Shown piece after piece: positions 1 to 12,400 of a stretch of 64,000 nt of DNA. Position 1 is the first letter of the stretch, and the number at the start of each line of letters is the position of its first letter. The notes under the pieces are model-generated. The model ran no database searches. It saw nothing but the letters and a program-made list of their open reading frames with translations, and had not been told where the DNA came from. Where the stretch lies: positions 186,001-250,000 of the forward strand of contig KZ537996.1 in assembly GCA_000934665.2 (NCBI GenBank), in the 5' to 3' direction. This stretch comes from Catajapyx aquilonaris (Eukaryota). A program made the position numbers and the translations under genes.

Positions 1-2564
1 ATCCTTCGTAAAAATCTGGCTCAACTATCACAAAGATAGAGATACCATCTACAGCGTAGTTAATGAAATTGTAATTGGCAACAAAGTAAATGGTGCTGAA
101 AGTGTTTCGGCCAGATTTATCGGTTCTGATACTTGGGGTGGAAGTTTCATTTTGTGTTTTAAGCGAGTTTGTAATTGCAAATATATCATTCTGATGCTTT
201 TAAAAAGTGTGAATACTTTTACTTGCAAAATAGGCTTTTACAATATTATTTATGTTCACGTGACGTTTTATTTACTGCACTGATTTGTATATTATTTAGA
301 GATAGCCTACAATCTAATGAATTCATAGGAAATTTCAAGCAAGTGAAAACCAATTTATAATACGCAATGTACAGTATAATAATGAACTTTTGTTAAAAAT
401 ATTACTCATAAAATGTATAGAGTTGTAGACGTTACAAAAGTGCCGAACAATTGATTCCAATATATTGTAACATGCCATAGTTACAATCCATATAAGTTTA
501 TGCTGCACTTACAGACTATTAATATCACATTCCTGAACCCATTTCGCAGCTCATATAAACATAGTTAATCATCAGGACCATAATTATAAATGTAAATCCG
601 CCATTCACTTTGCACAGTAACCCTGATCACGACCTGAATAATGCAACTATATGATATATAAGGCTTCCCTGTTTTGCTGAAGGAATCGTCCTTGGTCTTC
701 ATCCTAGCAGTTAGGCAACTGATACACGCGTTCCTTTTGGACCACTAGAGACTCTCGTATGAGATAGGGCTAACTACAGTTACAGTTTTACATCTCATTT
801 TGAGTGTCAGTGTATATGACGTGATGTGCCAGTGCTTCCCCTGACGCACTGGAAAGGGTGCATGGGAATGTAACATTTAAATATCTTTCTATTGCAATAT
901 CGAAAGTATACACACTACTCTGTAATACGGCATAAATGGATATTTGGTATGTCTATTTTTGTTAATTAATAAATTTTTTAAAATGTTAATTTTCTTATAA
1001 TGTTCATAGGATTTAAATTCGGTATCTCATCAATACTCTCACAACACCTATACGTAAGACAATGTGTAGCCTACATAATTATACAGAGTGGTGCACTGCC
1101 CAAGTCCGTACGTTATGAAGGGGTTACGGAAACAAGTTGGATTGTTCACTCTAGAAGCCAGCTAAAACAGAAGCAATTCAATTACACGTTGGGAAGGTCT
1201 CAATAAAATCATTCATAAGCATAGATGGGGTGTATTGTAGGCTACGATCCTCAGCTACTCTTTAGCATACACTCGCGCTGGTGTGTAAAATTTTGGCCGA
1301 GGAACAGGACCGAAGTATATACTCAGGCCAAGGGACTGGGGACCGGAACGTCCGTGTGTAGATCCCTTTATGTGAGACATTGCCGTTGGCCAGTGGCATA
1401 CAACCGATGAAAAAAGTCGATACTCACTTGGCAGTGGCATATCAAATCCCTTTCCCCTCGATCATATAGAGGAAAGGAAATAAAAAAGTGGAGTAAATAA
1501 CAGCATAAAAATGCAATTAATATAATGCGCGTAAATCATTCAGAAGTGTAACATGTAGGCTAATAGTTAAACTTGTGGACCTTCTTCATGTCCGAACATC
1601 CCCAAAGTTGTCAAAGAATATCGATTCCAATTCTAATTTTGGATATCAATTTGACATTTATTGAAAACTTATGCTAGACCTATACTTATGAAAAATAAAG
1701 TGACGATATGAACCATTTAATTGCCAACATTAATCTGATTATGATAATAACCTAAAAAATAATCTGCCATATTTAAAATAGCGAAATGAACCAGTTATGG
1801 CCACTCCTGCTCCAGTTCTGACAATGCTAATGTACAGTACAGTCATGGCCACTTGGATATTGCCCTCGAAACTGCCTATTTATGACCAAACACAGCCAAT
1901 GTCAAGCAATAGGATTTATCTGAACCTGTATAACCAGATATTCTGCTACTCCAATGATCTTGATGGGAAGCAGCAGAGTATACTATGTGATGCTTTATGC
2001 ACAGGGAAAATGTCCCGCCACCCTTTGTGACTTCTGAACTATTGCCGATGTGACAATAAATCAAATTGGATAAGACACACACGTTTGATTCTACCTTTTG
2101 GTTCAAAGAGCATGCTTCTGGCACTTTAGATCCCACCGCACCCGGTTTGAAGTTGTTAAAAAAGCGACACTGCACCTTATATTCATTACTGTGGGATATG
2201 TTGACTGTTGAGAGTGAAGATTTTTCATCAGTTCCATAGCAGGAAATGTAGCGTTTTGGTCCAATCCAAGCCTCTAAGTATACTAGTCCATATAAGGTGA
2301 GAAATCATCCGGTAATGCCTATTAAAACATCATTAAGCTGAGAATATAAAGTAACGAATACTAAACGTCATTTATGCCACTCCCTATACTATAGGTATGT
2401 TACAAGGGATTCACGGAATTTTTGGTGCACCCTGTGCAATACACTCGCTGCATTCCATTCCTTTAGTATAAATTTGGGAATCATTTTATTATAGCCAATG
2501 CTCAAACTACTTGCTGTTTACTGGTACAATGTTGACAGAATGTATATTATTTTCAGAGCAGTCT

Positions 2565-2650
2565 GGCCTGAATTATTATTATGATAGTTCGATTATTATG
2601 AACCAAAAAAAATCAAAACAGCGAACTATCATAATATAATAATTCAGGCC
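2565..2650. mobile_element. Small inverted-repeat element, possible PIF/Harbinger (Tourist-like) MITE remnant
   Basis: GGCCTGAATTATTATTATGATAGTTCG (2565-2591) pairs with CGAACTATCATAATATAATAATTCAGGCC (2622-2650) with a 2-nt indel. GGCC ends; no clear TSD. Confidence 0.5.
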
Positions 2651-4512
2651 CACCTCACCTCTATAGGTCATCAATGTATTGTATTAACAGAAAAAATAGC
2701 AACATGATAAACGTATAGGATGGAGCTAATTCAGTCGACCTAAAATGGCCACAAAAGGGGCTACGAACCTACCATAATTTTACTTTTTACTTTTATGGCA
2801 ATGATAAATGATGCCCGGTTAATTGAGGTAACTGATATTGAATACAAATCGATGTTGGCTGCATAATGTGGCAACGATGTAAACAGGGTATGACAATAGA
2901 AGAAAATGAATGCAAACATGCCTATTTCATTTAGTTTAGTGAAAAATATGCGGTTGAAAAGTTGATATCGCCCATGTACAATAAATTCCTGAAGGTTTCT
3001 AGGAACGTTTTAAAGCCATTGAGAGAAATATATTGCAAATATATTACTTTCAAGGCATGATCATTCTGTAGCGAGTTTCAATTTATTTATTTTTTCAAAT
3101 TAAACGATTGAAATGTGCACCACGTATGCTATTCACATGAATTGTTCATTTACATCAGAAATTGGTTGTTTGTTTACAGCATAAAGATGAAATATTCTCT
3201 CCTAAAGCGGTTCTAAAATATTTGCATTAAGCTGCATATTTTAAGGGGTTATCGAAAATAGTATAGCTGCCAATATTACAGGTCACATGGATGCACTCTT
3301 TTAAATTTATGCAGACGGGTTAAACGATATGTCCGTATCACCCTCTTCGCAAAAATAACTACAGGAAGGTCACAAAATAAAATAATAACAGTCTTAGGTT
3401 CCCTCATAAGAACATCGGCAATAACACAAAAATTTGAAACAAATGTATATAAACGCTGAATCTGTCTGAATACTTGACTGCTCACATTGTCACCCTTGTC
3501 GCCACCAAAAAGGCCATTTGGGCAGAAATGCTGCGAGTTGGGATGGTAGTGTGAAAGTCACAGGGTTGAAAGGATAATAAAGTCCCCCCTTCAAGACCCG
3601 CCATGATCCGGAACGAGCCAGCAATGCGCCATAAGTGAAGCCCTTCCAAAGATTTGGACCAAATCTCCATCGAGCATCAAATCAGGCCATGCAAACTTTA
3701 CTGCGCACTTGATGCCCAATTGGGATTAGGATCACGCCGGGGAATCAGATTGTACCTACACACATTTGATATCCACTTGGAGGTCAACCTCTAATTTTCC
3801 TGTTTATAACTATCAACTGAACTATCTCAATTGTGTATTTTCATTGACCCTTACAGTATATCCTTGATCCTACTTTTGAACCCCCTCCATTTTCAGTGAT
3901 ATAGTCCACTTCTTCTATAAGCTTCTTTTCCAGGACTTTTCTCTCTCTCTTTTTTTCTGGAAGGCAAGGAAATGGGATTTTTGAGTCGGCGGCACTTTTC
4001 TGAAGCGTTTGGATGCATTGTCAGCTCAGCGAATACGCAATCAGTTGGGGTCCCTTTTCCTCCACCTCCCTTCCTCCCAATACGAACTAGGGGAGAGGGA
4101 AAAAAAACACGTCTCTCCTCTTCTCGCCTTCAGGAAAAAGGAAGTTTGGTCATTACAGACCAAGGGGAAGCTGGGATCAAACCCACTTGGCCCTTTTAAG
4201 AATTCCGATCCTACTCCAATTGTACCGCACTTTCATTCGATCAAAACTCCAACGCACCTCACAGTATTATGCAGTTGGTTTCCACAGGCACAATATTTTG
4301 TACCCAAATTTTGTGCCTATTCAAAAAGGCCACATTATTATGCTCATTAGCCTATTTATTTTGTCATTATTTTAGAATCATAACCATTTGAAGTAATTGA
4401 TGGAATTAGTAGTTCATCTGCACAATGAGTCTATAGTATTTTGTGCCTAAAATTTACGTGTAGTTTTCTACAGGTAATGCGAATTTGCACATTTTTCCTG
4501 CCTCATAATATA

Positions 4513-4744
4513 TAGGGTGTTCCAAGTTCGTGGGTCACTTTTCTTATCACTAATATTGCCCGAATTGGTTATTTTTTGTAGCTTGTTGTTTGTAGCCCTA
4601 ATCAGGCTATTCTATAGCAACTTCTATATTCGACCACCTGGGAGTAATGGAGCAACAGATTAGGAGCACAACAAGTACAAAAAAATAACCACTTAGGGCA
4701 ATATTAGTGATAAGAAAAGTGACCCACAAACTTGGAACACCCTG
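4513..4744. mobile_element. Tc1/mariner-type MITE with long terminal inverted repeats
   Basis: TA|TAGGGTGTTCCAAGTTCGTGGGTCACTTTTCTTATCACTAATATTGCCC... pairs with ...GGGCAATATTAGTGATAAGAAAAGTGACCCACAAACTTGGAACACCCTG|TA. TA on both sides; arms about 80 bp. Confidence 0.85.
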
Positions 4745-6101
4745 TAAAATTATAAAATTATAAAATGATAAATAATGTATGCACAGCCAACATTTCATGT
4801 ACTTCCTTCCAGATGCAATATTTTTTTTTTGCAAAAATGTCCAATTATGCTGCACCATACCAAATCTCACCGCACATTTTCTCATTCCTATCTAGTTTCC
4901 ATAAGCAAAACTGGGCATTTCGCCCGGAAAAATATTAGTAATACTTAATGTTCATTCCAAGCTACATTGAATCAGTCCAAAAAATAGCCGGAATAGGAAA
5001 TGTGGTAGGCGGTTTTTTTTACTTCTTTCTTTTTTTTAAACTATATCCTGATTCTTCCCTCATAGTAGAGGTTGAGTGGGAAGCCTTGAAGCGTAGAGAA
5101 CTGCTCCCCAGATCGCAAGAAAGCGCTGGCTGCAGCAGTGGTTTTTGGTGATCCTTCGGGTCGTTAAGCACTGGATAAATAGACCTCATTTCGCCCCAAG
5201 GATCCAGCTTCCAGAAGAAGAAAAAAAAAAGAAGGGAGGAGATTTTGGGAAGGGGATGCAGAGAGTCCTGTTTTTTTCTTCCCCCCCTTCAACCCTATAC
5301 CCCCTTCCTTACCCAATAGTATAGATTCAATTGAAAAAGAGCAAACTCTCTACCCCCCCTCTGCCCCCTGAACCCCTCCCCAAACCTTCTCTGAAAGTTT
5401 GATTCGTCCGTTTCTATTCAGAGTCCCCCCTTTTTCAATCGGGCTTCCATGCCTAGTGTTTGCTTCCATGTCGGAATTTACGTTCTGTTTTCGGAAAGAA
5501 GCTGGGGTATTGATCCTTTTGCTGGGCTCGTTCCCTGTTGGTGCAGATGCGGAGATGCCCCCCTTACGTCATAGCCAACCCCATTACAGAATTTCCATCC
5601 TACTCTGTATTCATTATAAAAAGGACGCTGCTAACTGACATGCAAAGACTCGATTCCATGCGCATAGATCTGCCTTCTAATGGCCTTATGGAAGAAATGA
5701 TGGAATAAATTAATATATCAACCCGGCTGCAATTGCGTTTTGCATGGTGTATGTAGAAAATTTTCCATTGGCAGTTATGTACAGAACAAAAATTATTCGC
5801 GATATTCGCGGATTATGTGAACTGAAATAACAAAAATAATGTAGGAATAGTTTATTGTAGATGTTATTGGCGACACTAATATATTGTAGAATGGTTATGT
5901 CGAATATGTTCCGAATGGCGTTGACAAATAGTTTCCCTTTCAAATATTATGAATTGCTTTTAGGCAAGGTGATACGGTGTCGATTGTACTGTATATGAAT
6001 GGAAATTAGGGATAAAATTTGTGATTATAATTATATATTGAAGATCTATTTACTACTAATCTGAGAATTTTCCTAACTTGCTTCCATATATCCGGCCCTC
6101 A

Positions 6102-6411
6102 AACCGAAGCAGTAGTGGTGTAGTGGTATGGTGTCCGACTGCTAATCGGGAGGTCCTGGGTTCGAATCCCGGAGGCCGGCGACCCTGACCATGGTTTTCT
6201 GTGGTTTCCCATGGTCCTTGCAGGATAATTCCGGGGTCGTTACCGTAATATAGGCCACAGCCGCCTCCTTCCTTCCCTTTCCCTGCTTCATTCCGGTGAT
6301 GAGAAAAATAGTAAAAATTGGAAGAGTTCCGGACAAAAAATTGGGAGAAATCCCCCCCTAGGAAAGCCCGTAGGCTGATAATGGGGTATCAAATTATAAT
6401 TATTAATTATT
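6102..6411 (+). mobile_element. tRNA-derived SINE, family A, full-length copy
   Basis: A-box TGGTGTAGTGG (6116-6126), B-box GGTTCGAATCC (6159-6169), decayed (ATT)n tail, and an exact 16-bp TSD ATATATCCGGCCCTCA at 6086-6101 and 6412-6427. A second copy lies at 24578-24950. Confidence 0.92.
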
Positions 6412-6440
6412 ATATATCCGGCCCTCAGCGAAACCTTCAT

Positions 6441-7042
6441 TGTATAGATGTCGTAGCCCCATAGCGAAATTGGGCACTTCATGAAATGTCTACTGAAATT
6501 GGACACATGCTGTAGTGCAATCTCCCGTGAAGAATTACAGCATGTGCCCAGAAATATTTGACTGTTCGCGAAGTGTCAGCAACGGGTTGGACTGATTCCG
6601 TAATTCAGAATCTACCCAGTGTACATGAGCAGCTGAGCAAAACCAGAAGGTGTGGAGGGCATCAGGAGATGCAGAGTGCCTCTCCATATACCATGCCTGC
6701 CCTGGACTACCCTTTGGCTAAAGAGTCAGGACCAACTCCTGGACTTCCAGACATTTCCTCCTCACATTTCGTCCGGCAGGTCATGGGTAGGTCTGGCCTG
6801 CATTCGGCATCTCCTGATGCCCTCCACACCTTCTGGTTTTGCTCAGCTGCTCATGTATACACTGGGTAGATTCTGAATTACGGAATCAGTCCAACCAGTT
6901 GTTGACACTTGGCGAACAGTCCAATATTTCAGGGCACATACTGTAATTATTCTTCACGGGAGATTGCACTGCAGCATGTGTCCAATTTGAGTAGACATTT
7001 CATGAAGTGCCCAATGTCGCTCTGGGGCTACGACATATACAA
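6441..7042. mobile_element. Foldback element / large MITE, about 600 bp
   Basis: 6441-6672 is the reverse complement of about 6807-7042 with scattered mismatches (GATGTCGTAGCCCC...GGGGCTACGACAT). Weaker pairing continues inward to about 6708/6771. TA-rich ends. Confidence 0.88.
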
Positions 7043-8708
7043 GTTTTATGACAAGTACTATACATTAAATAATATAAAATAACGCGTCAAGAAATTCTCC
7101 GCAGACCAGGCTGTTCCAAGTCATGCGCTACTCTTAGATATATATCTTACCGCCATAATTTCTTACAATGCAACCATTATAGTATAATTAATAATGTAAA
7201 TGTGAAATAAATGGAATGACAATAATTCTAGTTGCTTAGCAGAATTCCTTAAATTAGCTTATGAATTAATTAAATCGGCTAAATCAATCTATTTACATTT
7301 ATAGATAGGGCCATAAACCACATTCTCGGCCATTATTGTACGGTTGTATCATAATTGTTTTTCTGCATAATAATAATCATCATCATCACAATGAAGATAT
7401 GAGTTAAAGCATTTTATACAAAAGTATCACTTTGTATTCACGGGAATGCTATTGACAAAATATCATAATTATCCATACTTTTGAAGAACACTCGACAAAA
7501 TAATATACCGGTATGACTCAATTAAGGGTTCCAGCATTACATGTAACTCATCAGAAAATTGTATAACTCTTGTTGCATTCTAGGAATGCAAGCGACCTCT
7601 TAAAAGGCCATCCAGGAAATGTTAGCCTATTGATAAGCATCACATTCGCGTGGGTTTATGACGGAAATGTGCGAACCTTTGTAAGTTATACGCCGTGAAA
7701 GAAAATCAGCCGTAAAGGATGCAATATTTTGCTCCTTTACAGCCAATATTTTTGCCTCTACGAGCCAAAAGTATTTTTAAACACCCTCTCGTGTATCATT
7801 GCCAATTGAATCGTGCCACTTTTACAACCTCATCTTAAGGAAGAAGCGAGACTCTATCTGGGGTAAAGTTTGACCTTGCAACTCCCCTTCCACCACTGAT
7901 AATTTCCATTTCTGTCAAACCGGCACTTTGGCTGGTTATAAAACATCAAACGTTGATTTTACTAGCGACCGAACGACTAACGCCACCTGACGGCCGCGCT
8001 TGGGAACCTTCAAAAGGGGAGAGCTATACTGTGGGTCCTTTACGGTCTCCCCCTTTTTTAATGCGTGTGCTTATGACGTATCGGAATAGTAAAAAAAACG
8101 CGGCACAATTTCATCTCGTTGGCAACAGGTAGGTCGTAAAAGTAGCCCTTAGTGTCTAATCGGTAGTCATCCAAGTGGGTTTTAAAAGCGCGGCCAAAGA
8201 GTGGTTGAGTCGCCTTTTCAGTCACACGCCAATTGAGAAATCCTGTCTAGATTAGCCCGCCCCAATACGCGCTGAATAATTAGGACCGTAAAAAGGGAAA
8301 CATGTCGCCGGAATGGCCATTCGGGCATGTTTTAGAATCACTAAAACCAAAATTAGGAAAGAGAGGGGCCCATCTTAACGTCAAACCTGAACACACCAGT
8401 GCGGTTTCATGTGCTTCCCGCCTGGGTGCACTCTCTTCTAGGCTGGAGGAAACATGGCCGGTGGAACACACGCACTCATATTTTACCAGGGGATCGCTAC
8501 TAACTCTAAACACGCGTTGATACATTTTCGGGACCACTTTTTTCGGTTGTTGCAGGAAACGAGCAGTTCAGATTTAAACCTGCCTGATGAAAGGTTTACA
8601 TTGGAAAGAGTTGCCAAGTGCAGGATATTGACATTATCTCAATACACATGGTATCCACATACTACAAGAACTGGGAGTATGAAATTGTGGACTCTTTCAA
8701 TTCAAATG

Positions 8709-8709
<1 letters not shown>

Positions 8710-8772
<63 letters not shown>
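8710..8772. repeat. (ATT)21 microsatellite
   Basis: Perfect trinucleotide run; source of the poly-Y/poly-L ORF artefacts. Confidence 0.98.
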
Positions 8773-9263
8773 GCAGACACTGATTGGAGGGTCACATATA
8801 TTCAAATTGGCAAAATACTTATTTGAATGTGATCATTATGTATTTATGTGTCTAAAATTGTGTCTAAATTATGAATATGATAATTTCATTAGCACATTAT
8901 GAAGGTGAGGTGAGTAAGCCTACTATAGATTTGTTTACTAAAATGTTTTACCGTATGCAAAACAATATAACCGGTCGTTAAGGTAATGATAGATTTAAAT
9001 AATTATTATCTTGCAATAACTTGTGATTAAATGTTGCACGACAAAACAGTGCAGTAATATGCCCAGCACTAAAGAAAATGCATGATATAAATAATTGTTG
9101 GAATATAACTTTCGTTACCATACTCAATTTGACCACTTAGAAAATATTCACCTAGATATACAGTCACCTGCACGTGAGCGGAGGTGGGGGTATGCTGTGA
9201 TCCAATCGGATAGTTATTCTCTAAAAAAAAGTCTATATGCATGCAAACATGCTTTGAAATATA

Positions 9264-9424
9264 CAGTGTGTTCCAAGTACGCGGGTCCTATACATATTTG
9301 ACCCCGCCTGGGAATATTGGGCAACTCGATCCAGGCGCAAAAGGCAAAACGCTACACAAAAATAACAACTTCAGACAAAATTTGCGATTCTAACTGAAAC
9401 AACCAGGAAACTTGGAATACCAAA
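9264..9424. mobile_element. Possible decayed Tc1/mariner-type MITE
   Basis: TA|CAGTGTGTTCCAAGT at the left and ACTTGGAATACC at the right; the ends resemble those of the 4513-4744 element. Right end is degenerate. Confidence 0.35.
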
Positions 9425-12400
9425 TATAGACCTCCTCTAAAATGACACAATCTTGCAGGGAAAGGGTGGTCTAAAAGCTCAGTAAATTCTTCACGGGAAT
9501 ATTAATGTTCCTTTTGATGACATTCCTGGATAATAATGTATTTTTTGCACTTAATAAGAATATTTGACGTGAGTGGCAAATGAGATGAGAATTCAGGGAA
9601 TTTAGTGAAAATTATTAATAATTGTTATCATTAAATTTTAATCATCATCCATCCATCTCAAGTGACGATAGTTGCATATAGCACAAGAGTACATTTAACC
9701 GATCTTTTTTTTTGACAAACATTGCAATGTCACGTACAATATTAATCGTCTTACTCAGCATTTCACATAAATATTTCATACGACCTGAACTTATTCAAGC
9801 TACATTTGAGCATCTCATCACGTTTGGACGCAGACTACGCCATAAATTTCCCCTGCGGATTCTGCAAGACCCAAATTGCAAAATTGAATCTGGTGACAAA
9901 GTATGGGGATGACGTCCTCCCTCCCCACCCCTTCCCTCCCCTCCCCCTCCCCTCTCGGGAGAGAGGTAAAAAATGGGAGTGAAATGGGCTCGAGCGTGCA
10001 TTCTTCGTAGTGGACATAGAATTGGAGCAAGTACGCCCAGAAGTGACGTAGTGGAACGCATTAAACCCATTTAATTCGTAACACTAGCTTGCAAATGGCT
10101 ATTGCAGCTCACAAGCTCCAGCCTAGCGGAGTAAGTCTGACATATTATATGATAGCGATAGCTGGTGCTCGGGAGAGGCAAAGGGAGGGCAGGGACCGGG
10201 GTGTGGGGGTTGAGGGGCGGTAGAGCTCCAGCGAGAGAGATGCATGGCAAAGGGGGCTGGGGGAAATAGCAAAGGCGCACTCGGCCTTCATGCAAAAGTG
10301 CGCGCCAAATAATGCCTGGCCCCCCCGAGGCCCCCAGCTCATCGTAAAACAATGGCCCACGTGCTCCCAGGGTATTAAAGCCCCGCTTTCTTCAAAGCTT
10401 ACATTCCGAAAAAGAAAAACCGGTGGGGCGCATAGGGAGAGAGAATAAGTATCTTTGCGAGACTTCCATCTCCAAACATGTCCCCATACAAGCCTGGTCT
10501 GAGCCAGCAAGCATAAATATCCCTTCCCCTTCCAGAAACCCCGGAAAAAAATATATAAATAAATCAATGTTAGTCCTCCCATTTAGTTTTAACGAATCTA
10601 ACGGCGCGACATCAAATTGGTGGAGTCCTTATAGGAAGTGCGCGCTTAACACATGATTGGAGTGTGCGCTTTAGGAGTCCGGGAGCTCGGCCTATAGGAC
10701 CAAACGGTAAGCCTAGGAGAGTCGCAGTTTGAAAGCAACACTGCGGAACACTGAGCCGGACCGATTTCAAATTCGAAGATATATAAAATAGGATCAAGCA
10801 TGACGGCTGGGATTGGAGCGGAACGGGCCAAAGGATAGAAAATGGAAGGGCCGGGCTAGAGAGACTGAGTGGGGGGAGGACAGCATTGGAAATTTTCCAA
10901 AAAGCCTTTTTCCAGCACAGTCTCCCGAAACAGAAGAAAAGTATTGATCTAAAGGAAGAGAGAGGAACAAAAGGAGGTCGTGACTATTATGCATTCTAGA
11001 TGATTACAGCACTTGTTTTGGAGAAAAAAAAATAGCTGACATATGACCCGTTCATAACAAATGGTTGCATGAGAACAATTTTGCAATGGGCCAGCTGCCT
11101 GAAAGAGGCCTGTGGGTGGTAGGGATCGAGGGGTATGTTAATAGGCAAAACCCGGGGCATATCTCAAGGAAGGCTACAATTCCCTGGGAAAAGTAGGGGG
11201 GGTTTTGGTGTGGCGCCGAAAGATGCAAGCACTGGGGCCAACAAAAGGCGAGCGACTTCTTGGTCGACCATTATGTGGATGGCGCCGGTGATAAAAGCCA
11301 AGACCTTGCGGCTGCGTGAATACCTCCCCCTTCTCTCTTGCCATTCTCGCATACTTTTGCATAAGGATGGAAACACCCCCATCCACCTCCCCCTCCACCA
11401 AGTCTATCCGCCCCCACTTCCTCTCAACCGAACTTAACCTTGCTATAGCCCCCCTGGATTATAGAAGAGGGTTTTCTCTTATAAAGTTGAGAAAGGGAGC
11501 TTCCCCTCCTACCCACCCCCAACTCGACAGAGAGATGGCTTTACATTAGAGCCAAAAGCCTGAGCCTTTCTTGTTTTAATCCCCGGGTCCGGAAAAAGAG
11601 GGGGACCCGGAGTCCAGAGGTGGGTGGGTAGGTGGGGGCGTAAGCAAGATGCACGGGGACGTTCTTTTTCATACTAATGTTTGCGAGGCTGGCGGGGCCC
11701 CAGCCAAGCTCCGGAGCAGAGCCTGCTATCCATTACCCGGAATCTCTCCGGCAGACAGTCCCATCAGGGGGGAAACAGGGGGCCTCGCTGCTGATAAGGT
11801 TGTTTCTTTTAGCGAGCAGGTCTTCCCCTCATCCTGATGGGATTTGACCGGTAAGCATTATCTACGTGGAATTGGAATCCTCTTATCTCGCCTCTGATCA
11901 ATCCGTGATGAAATTCTGACCAGAACGTAGCTGGCCGTCTGCTGTATCCAAACACCTATCTATCTGTTTGGACATCTCACGTGTGATTTTCCTATCCGCT
12001 ACCTGCTGGATGCCTCAGATACACACAAGGATACACTCGGGCGTTGGGAGCAAAATGGAGGCGACAGTGCGGGGAACCCCCGTCATTTGAATTAACATAG
12101 CAACAACCATGCCACAGCACTCCGAAAAGTGTACCATTTAAGAAAAATAATACACACTTAAAAAGAATTTGGGCGAGCTACAAGTTATGACTATGTGATA
12201 ACGCAGGGGGGTACCAACTTGCAATGTCCACATTCCAGAAGCACATGACAATACATCATTCTCCCCTCCCTTCCTACACCCCCCTCTAGATTGAAACTTG
12301 GTACATTCCCGGCCAGAAAGAGTGCAGCGATTGGATAATGAGAAATATGTGCATCCAGGATACAGAGTCAATTATACGCTAGGGTTGTAATGACTCGGAG

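Noticed and set aside
6109..6181. tRNA-Ser(GCT) gene
   Set aside because: No proper acceptor stem or Ser variable arm; it continues into a SINE body with tail and TSD.
8454..8902. Poly-Tyr/Leu/Ile ORFs here and at 16.4, 24.5 and 48.4 kb
   Set aside because: These are translations of (ATT)n microsatellites.
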